64,000 bases of DNA, from positions 62,001 to 126,000 of the forward strand of contig JBODTK010000016.1 of the NCBI GenBank assembly GCA_050613775.1, given 5' to 3'. The notes below the pieces were generated by a model that had not been told where the DNA came from, made no database searches, and was given only the letters and a program-made list of their open reading frames with translations. How positions within the stretch are numbered: the first letter of the stretch is position 1; the number at the start of each line of letters is the position of its first letter. The DNA comes from Neocallimastix sp. 'constans' (Eukaryota). Below are positions 55,610 to 64,000 of the stretch, piece after piece. Position numbers and translations under genes: made by a program.

Positions 55610-58600
55610 TTATATTTTATTATTATCACTACATATTATAGAAATGATGTAAATTTTTTTATTGCTTTAATTATTTTGAAAAAGCTTGATTCAGGTTTGT
55701 TAACTTCTTTTATTTCTATTTTTTTTTTTTTTAAAAAAAAAATATCATTATGAATATAAATTTAAAAAAATAATAATATGATGGTGATTAGTTAATGTGA
55801 TATATATTAAAAGTAATTATTTATAAATAAAAGTATAATTATATGATAAAATAAATAATTAATTAAAATTTTTTTTAGAAAAAAAGAAAAATTAAATAGA
55901 CTTTTTATACCTTGTAATTTATTTATCTTATCAAGAATATTATGTTCTGTTTGTCTTTTAAGTTCATTTAGTTTTTTCATTTTTTCTAATTTTTCTTTTT
56001 GTTTTTCATGTTTATCCAGCTTATCTGGTTTTTCTTGTTTTTCTTGTTCAATTGTTTTCTTTAAATTTTCGAAAAAGTCTTTAGGAAGTATATTTTTGGG
56101 GAAAGAATGTGGTGTATTGAGATATTTTTCACCATCTAATTTAAAACTACCATTTTGTATAATGTCCATAATAATTTTGCTCCAGTGAACATTGGTTCTT
56201 AAAGTTTCCATATTACCAATAATAATTAAGGAATTTCGAGCTCGAGTAAGAGAAACATTAACTCGATTAGCATTTCTTAAGAATCCAATTTTCCCATCAG
56301 ATCGAACTGTTGATAAAATAACAATATCATTTTCTTGTCCTTGGTAACTATCGACAGTATTGACTTGAATATTTTTAAAAATATTAGCTTTCTTTAAAAG
56401 TTCTTTAAATCTTGAATGACTTCCTAAATCAATCATTTCATCATAAAATGAAAATATATTGTTACTGCTTCGATATTTAGTCTTATCTAAAAAATCATTT
56501 AACGTATCTTCATAATATTCTCTTAATTTCTTTTTAATTAATGATACTTGAGCATTATAAAATGTAATGATAGAAATTCTTTTAGAGAAACAAATATTTG
56601 AATAACAATGTAAAAGTTCATTAATACAATTAATAACAAGTTGAGCTTCTTTTTCATTACTTATGGATGAATTATTATTTTGAGTAATATTCCCTTTTAC
56701 ATTATAAAATACAAGAGGTCCAAATTTTTTATTATCTTTACACCATTCACCTATCCATTTTTTGGATTTAACATTTTCACCATCGGAAATTTTATTATCA
56801 TAAAATGCTTTATTGGCAAGTCTACTAATATCTGGATGCATACGATATTGAACATTTAATAGGGTAAGTTCACTCTGAGATCCTTTATGAATACGTTCAA
56901 ATAAACTTCTTCCATAATTACATTGTTTTAATTTACCAGATTTAACGGTTGGTGGAAGTTGTTTAGGATCACCAATTAAAACAACTTGATGAATATTATA
57001 AGTGAAAGGAATTAAGGTAGTTAATTCAGTAGCTTGACATGCTTCATCAATAATTAAAAGACCAAATCCTAATTTTTCGATACATTTGTTACCACTACTA
57101 CATAATGTACAAACAATGACATTGGCTTCCCTTAATTCCTTACTTAATTCATGCTCATCTAAATCATTATCAGCACAATATCTAAATGATTTAATATATT
57201 CTTTATCCTTTTCTTCTATATAAAAAAAGATATATATGTATATAATAAAAAATTTTGTTTTTATTATTTATACAAAAAATTAATAAAATAATAAACCAGA
57301 GTTTATTATTTTTAATTATTATTATTAATTATTATTATATTCATAATAATTATTATTTTTTATTTATTGATTATAACTAATTATTATTATTTTTATTATC
57401 ATTTATTATTATTTATTATTACTTATTATTATTTATTATTATTTATTATTATTAATATTATTTATTTTATTATTATTATTTTTATTATGAATTTATTATT
57501 ATTATTATTTATTATTTTATTAATTTACCTTTTTCTAATCTTCTAATAATTTCATCACAAGCATAATTACTTGGAGCACAGACAAGAATTTTTGATTCAT
57601 TTCCAGTAAGATTATTATATTGTAATTCTCGATCAATAATCGCAACAAGTACTGAAGTTTTACCTGTACCAGGTGGACCATGAATTAATGAAATCTTTCT
57701 ATCTTTAACTTTAATTAAGGCAGATGCTTGAGATTCATTTAATTTATAGTCATTAATCACTTTTTTTGTAATATTGGTATATTCTGGTCCAAAATATTTT
57801 ATACTTTTGTTACTAATACTGCTAATTTTCCCACTGGTAATAATTTTACAAATAGGTAAGGAAGAATTTTCAACAAAATAATTTAAGGTTCTATATTCTT
57901 TTATAATTGCTCCAAAAGACATGATATGAATACAAATCCATTGTCCTTTTTCTCTAATAATTTCATATTGAAGTTTTTCAATTTTTTCGAGGGACATACG
58001 TGCCATACAAAATGTATTTATTTTATCATCAGAAGCAATACTCCTTCCTAAATTTAATGATCTCATTTTTTTAATAAAATCATCATCATCATCGTCATCG
58101 TTATTTTCAAACTCAGAACTATCAACATTACTGTTATTATAGTTGCTTGCTACACCACCACCGATTTTCTGTAGAACATAAGGGTATCAAAATATATAGT
58201 TTTGAAATCATCACTTATTTTTGCTAAATAAAGTAAATCATTCCTTTTTATTTCACCAGAAGATCTTGGTTCTTTATATTTTCTTTTTTTATTTTGGATA
58301 AAATCCATTCCATCATATCTAGATAAAAAATAATAAGGCATCACAATTTTTAAATAATAGGTAGGATTATCAAATAGAAGCAATGAATCATTATTACTTT
58401 TAAAAGCTTTTATATCAACATTGACAGCAAGCGCTTTGAAGTTTATTTTTTTCTCATTCAATTTTTCATTGAATGATCTTAATTCTTCTTTACATTCTAT
58501 ATGAAATAATGGTTCTATTACCTTTATATATGTAGAAATACATTTTCAAAAAAAAAAAATAAAAAAAAGAAAAAAAAAAAGTTTTTTTTTTAATTTTTAA

Positions 58601-58835
58601 ATATATTTATATATATATATAAATAATTTTTTTTAATACTAATTTTGTTAATTATATTGATAATTACATTATTGTACCCCCTCATAGAATGATAAGTATC
58701 TTTTAGAATAGGAAATTTTTTTCTCCTAATATCAGAATATGGATCTTTAGTTAATTTCCAATTATATGGACTTTGTGAACAAGCAAAATAGAAATCTTTG
58801 GAGTCTTTTTTATCTTTATTTTGTAAACTTAACAT
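55610..58835 (-). CDS. Sen1/DNA2-NAM7 (UPF1-like SF1B) helicase, helicase-module only, with an apparent frameshift near 58150-58190; exons approx. 58668-58835, 57529-58521, 55911-57215, 55610-55715
   Basis: VIEPLFHIEC, NDLLYL, LNESQ, IHGPPGTGKTS, LVCAPSNYACD, IIDEACQ, LIGDPKQLPPTV, SLFER, LNVQYRMHPDIS, ITFYNAQ, VNTVDSYQGQEND, STVRS, GFL...NRVNVSLTRAR. The last exon is uncertain. It may be a pseudogene or carry a sequencing error. Confidence 0.85.
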
Positions 58836-59709
58836 TTTTTTTTTTATTAAAATATTCTTTTTTAATTAATTATTAATAATGTAGTAAAAAGTATTGATTA
58901 TATATAACATATATATATATATAGTTTTTATTTTTATTCTTATTTTTATTTTTACTTTTATTTTTATTTTTCTTTTTATTTTTAATTTTATAAAAATTAA
59001 ATATATTACTATAATAATTATTAATTTATTAATATAAAAACAAATTTATTTAAAAAAGGGATAAATAAATATTATTATTATTATTTTTTTTTTTTTTTGT
59101 ATATATTTAATCAAAAAGAAAGAAGTATATGATTGGCAATGAGGCTATGTATAGTTCATTACCAAAAAATGTCTAGAAATTATTTATAATTTTTTTTTTT
59201 TTTGTAATATATTTATTAAAATATTTTATAATTATTTGATCAATAATATATTATAATAATATATTATGATATTATATTGAAATATAAAATTTAATATATA
59301 CTAATTTTTGGACATTATTAATATAAATTAAAAATATAATTTAATAATTAAAATTTCTGGACCTTAAGATTACTTTTTTTTATTTTTTATATTTTTTTTT
59401 TTTTTTATTTTTTATTATTATTTTTTTTTTTTTTTATTTTTTATTATTATTTTTTTTTTTTTTTTTTAAATTTAAATGAAAATGTAGTTATATATATAAT
59501 TAATAATAATAATAATTATAATAATAATAATAATAATAGTAATAATAATAATAAAAGAAAAAATTCAAATAATAAAAATAAAGTAATTTATATAATAAAA
59601 ATTAAATAAGAAAAAATATATATATATAGTAGTATATAAAATAATATAAATAAATAAATACATTTAATTGAAAAAACTTTTTTATTTCTTAATTTTTTTT
59701 TATATTATA

Positions 59710-59757
<48 letters not shown>

Positions 59758-59919
59758 TTATTAATTTATTAATTTATTATTTAATTATTTCCATAATATA
59801 ATATTTTTAATAAATAATTCCATTCCCAAACTTCATTTGAATATAAAGTGTGTATTCGCATTGCTAATAATTATTAAAAAATACATGAAAATAAAGCACA
59901 TATCTTTTTTTTCACATTA

Positions 59920-59950
<31 letters not shown>

Positions 59951-59959
59951 GAAAACTAA

Positions 59960-60790
59960 GTTATGAGTTTTGAGGATGAATGGGGTTTTTAATTCTTATT
60001 ATTTATTGATGATAATTTTATTTAGATAAAAATTATCATTCAAATCTATATCAAATTTTTTTCTTTACCTTATCGTTTTGACGATGATTCTTGACAACTG
60101 CTGATCAATACAATATACAATTGATTGGATTCAAATTGATCATAGTGTAAAAATCATTAATCACAATAGGCATAACATTAATAAGGTATTCAGCAAACTC
60201 AACAAAATGTGAAATTAGTAAAAGAGACTCTCTCAAAGGTGAATGAAAACTGTTATTAATAAATTGTCTTCTTTCGTCCGAATTGTCTTTAAAATTTTTC
60301 ATATACTACAATTTTCATCAAGAAGGAGACATAGTACATATAAAATTAATATTATCTTCATAAAAAATTCTTCCTTTTTATCATCAGAAATGTTTAATGA
60401 TTTCTCATGAATATGAACAATCAAAGAAAAATTAATATTAAATTGCATAAATATAGGAATATATATATATGTTTGATGGACGGTTCATGCCAAGTTTGAA
60501 TGTAGAATATTCATAATATCATAAATCTCTAAAATCCTTTGGTTTAACAACTAGTGTAGCATATTTACTGATTTCAAATTTCAGCAAATAAGCCACCGTA
60601 TCACTTTTATTTTTTTTTCTTTCAGTAATTATATAATATTCCTGAACATTTATCAAAATATGTCATTGATAAATATATTAATTAAAATAAGTAATAATAG
60701 ACACCCGAAAAGCATAATGTATTGGTGAATTGGAAATTCTTATTATATACTATCATTAAAATTTATATGAGCTTTCGAAGTAAGGTATAA
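59960..60790 (-). mobile_element. Highly decayed, internally deleted LINE relic related to 8477-12361
   Basis: Minus-strand translation gives GCLLLLILINIFINDI, GGLFA, FEISKYATLVVKPKDF and DERRQFINN...HFVEFAEYLINVMPIV. These align with the RT and C-terminal parts of the main LINE (GCPLSPILFNLFINDI, GGLFA, FGINKCATLVVKP, EQRQLVDN...YFVGIAEFLTNVIPL). Confidence 0.8.
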
Positions 60791-62130
60791 ATTATAATAA
60801 TTATTAAGAAATTTAATAAATCATTTTAAATTACAATAAATCATTTTAAATTACATGTTTTTACATTAACAATGTGGCTTATACATTAATTTACATACAT
60901 TATGCTTCAATACATTCGAAGTTTATTCCTCATTATTTCACTATGAATATAATTTGGTGTGCTAAGTGAATATGTGCAAATTATATTATTACTAAATTTA
61001 TATATTACATAAATTTTATTTTTATCATAAGAATATTTCTTAATATATTCTTTATTAATTGTATATTTATATATATACTTTGTATATTTGTTTTGATTTT
61101 ATTTTTAACTATATTACCTTGTATTTTGTATTTGATATTTGACGTTTTGTGAATTAACGAATAACCCATTATTAATAGATAATTTATTATTCATGTTTTA
61201 ATTAATTTAAATTGAATACTCGTTAGGTTTTACAACAAATCATTTATTATTTATGACTAACTTTCTATATTTTAAATAAAATAGTTTATTATAAAGTGAT
61301 TTATTCGTTTAATTTATTAAAATAACTTAATATTTAAAATATATTAATTTTAAATATTATCAAATAATTCCTAAATCTCCATTTGGAGTCTTTTAGGTAT
61401 AATAATTTATATATACCTAAGTGTCAATTCAGAGATCTTTTTAGGCTTTAGATTAAATAAAATTATTTAAAATATATTGTATAACGTGTTTTATACACGT
61501 TAATTTTAGTTTAGTTAATTTTCATTAGTTTCCTTATTTAATATTAATATTCTCAAACTTCGTAGTAGAAATAATTGCCAAAAAAAATTAATAAAGTAGT
61601 TTCATTAATATTTATGTTCCTCATTCCCCCTAAAAACCGAATTTCTTAAAGTATTTTAAATATTTGGATTTTCTCATAAATAAAATATTTGTATATTTGG
61701 TAGATGAATAAACGTAATTTATATCGTATATAACTCATGGCTATATTTAATTATTACAGTAAGTTATTATATAAATCTATTTCACACTAGATTTTATAAT
61801 ATTGTATTATTATTTGAATGTACCTATTTCATACTAAGGAATTACCATTCATTTATATTATATCTTCCTTAATATAATGGGGATATTAACTTAATTGTTA
61901 TTTATACATTTAGTATGGGATCTATGACTTTAAGTCTCCCCCATTAATAATAATGTTATTATTTACCCGTTTAATATGTGTAATTATATGCTTTTTTTAA
62001 TATTATATGTATAATGTGGCTTATATATTGATTTACATACAATAAATTTCAATACATTCGAATTATTTCTCATTATTTCATATATTCTAACAATATAATT
62101 TTTTTTTTTTTTACGAATTATTTATTATAA

Positions 62131-62438
62131 TTTTTTTTTTTTTTTTTTTATCGCCGCATTTATTGCAAACTTTAATCTTTATTTATTTATTTATTTATTA
62201 ATTAATTACATGAATATTTTTTAATATTAATAAAAATAATAAAAAAAAAATATATAAATATTATTGGTCCAATTAGAACATAATAATATTTAAAATAGTA
62301 ATTTGAAATAAAAAGTAATATTCAAAATCGAGTGTATAAATAAATTCAGAAAAAAAGTTCATATGCAACGAACCTCACCTCTGAATTATTTATTCTGGAT
62401 TAGGGTTTGAACTGACTATCTGAAAGAAATTATGATAC
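62131..62438 (-). mobile_element. 5'-truncated second copy of the poly(A)-tailed element at 12860-13544
   Basis: Reverse complement aligns with 13202-13544 (cataatttcttt..gatagtca.ttc.aaccctaatcc.gaataa; tatgaacttttttctgaattt; aaagtttgcaataa.tgc.gc + poly(A)). Candidate TSD ttattataa at 62122-62130 and 62439-62447. Confidence 0.8.
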
Positions 62439-62559
62439 TTATTATAAATATAATAAAGAATCAAATTAAAATTAAAACATATTTAAAAATTATAAAAATT
62501 TTTAATTCTCATTTTGGAAAGGATTGAATTAATTTTATAAATTTCATCATTTTTTTCTA

Positions 62560-62594
<35 letters not shown>

Positions 62595-62724
62595 GTTTTA
62601 ATATAAACATATATTTAAAAAAGATTTGTAATTAGTTTATGTGATATATAAAAATTAATTAATTTATAAATAAAACATATTTATATATTTTATATAATAT
62701 ACTAAATAAAAAAGAGAGATTAAA

Positions 62725-64000
62725 TTAAATTTTTTTACCTCGAAATATATTAAATCTACTATATTCTTTTTGTCTTCTAAGTTTTTCAAGTTTTTCAAGT
62801 TTTTCTTGTTTTTCTTGTTTTTCTTGTTCAATTGTTTTCTTTAAATCTTCGAAAAAGTCTTTAGGAAGTATATTTTTGGGGAAAGAATGTGGTGTATTGA
62901 AATATTTTTCACCATCTAATTTAAAACTACCATTTTGTATAATGTCCGTAATAATTTTGCTCCAGTGAACATTGGTTCTTAAAGTTTCCATATTACCAAT
63001 AATAATTAAGGAATTTCGAGCTCGAGTAAGAGAAACATTAACTCGATTAGCATTTCTTAAGAATCCAATTTTCCCATCAGATTGAACTGTTGATAAAATA
63101 ACAATATCATTTTCTTGTCCTTGGTAACTATCGACAGTATTGACTTGAATATTTTTAAAAATATTAGCTTTCTTTAAAAGTTCTTTAAATCTTTTATCAC
63201 TTTCTAAATCAATCATTTCATCATAAAATGAAAATATATTGTTACTGCTTCGATATTTAGTCATTTCTAAAAAATCATTTAACGTATCTTCATAATATTC
63301 TCTTAATTTCTTTTTAATTAGTGATACTTGAGCACTATAAATTGTAATGATAGAAATTCTTTTAGAGAAACAAATATTTGAATAGCAATGTAAAAGTTCA
63401 TTAATACAATTAATAACAAGTTGAGCTTCTTTTTCATTACTTATGGATGAATTATTATTTTGAGTAGTATTCCCTTTTACATTATAAAATACAAGAGGTC
63501 CAAATTTTTTATTATCTTTACACCATTCGCCTATCCATTCTTTGGATTTAACATTTTCACCATCGGAAATTTTATTATCATAAAATGCTTTATTGGCAAG
63601 TCTACTAATATCTGGATGCATACGATATTGAACATTTAAGAGAGTGAGTTCACTCTTAGATCTTTTATAAATACGTTCAAATAAACTTCTTCCATAATTA
63701 CATTTTTGTAATTTATCAGATTTAACGGTTGGTGGAAGTTGTTTAGGATCACCAATTAAAACAACTTGATGAATATTATAAGTGAAAGGAATTAAGGTAG
63801 TTAATTCAATTTTTCATTGAAAGATCTTAATTCCTCCTTACATTCTATAAGAAATAATGGTTCTATTACCTTTATATATGTAGAAATACATTTTCAATAT
63901 AAAATTATATTTTTAATTATATGTATTAGTTTATTTGAATACTAATTTTATTATATATATAGATAATTACATCATCGTAATCCTGCATAGAATCATAAGT
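62725..64000 (-). pseudogene. Second Sen1-like helicase copy with an internal deletion removing the Walker A and B motifs; 5' end runs off the window
   Basis: Near-identical to ~56030-57028 and 58456-58550. At 63804-63808 the two segments are joined directly, giving TTG AAT TAA (stop). Confidence 0.9.

Noticed and set aside
60105..60302. 65-aa ORF as an independent gene
   Set aside because: It aligns with the LINE C-terminal region and is part of the relic.

Overview
Extremely AT-rich eukaryotic genomic DNA with GT-AG introns, long homopolymers and microsatellites. The composition and gene content are most consistent with an anaerobic gut fungus (Neocallimastigomycota); this is inferred, not proven. 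Host genes: an Ariadne RBR E3 ligase (+), a DYRK1/minibrain-like kinase (-), a PASK/PIM-like kinase with a 10-nt microexon (-), an NPP-type phosphodiesterase (-), a SamB/Mub1 MYND protein (+), and two tandem Sen1-like SF1 helicase copies (-), one frameshifted and one internally deleted. Mobile DNA: a near full-length but disabled APE-RT LINE plus two relics of the same family, a young complete Ty1/copia element, and short poly(A)-tailed retro-insertions. The two most unusual items are (i) a poly(A)-tailed dispersed element carrying a ~90-nt piece of the 28S rRNA peptidyl-transferase region next to a predicted structured RNA, and (ii) the copia element, which has a primer-binding site complementary to the anticodon arm of tRNA-Lys(CTT), TG...AA LTR ends, and pol in the -1 frame after gag. 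All exon boundaries and alignments were read by eye.
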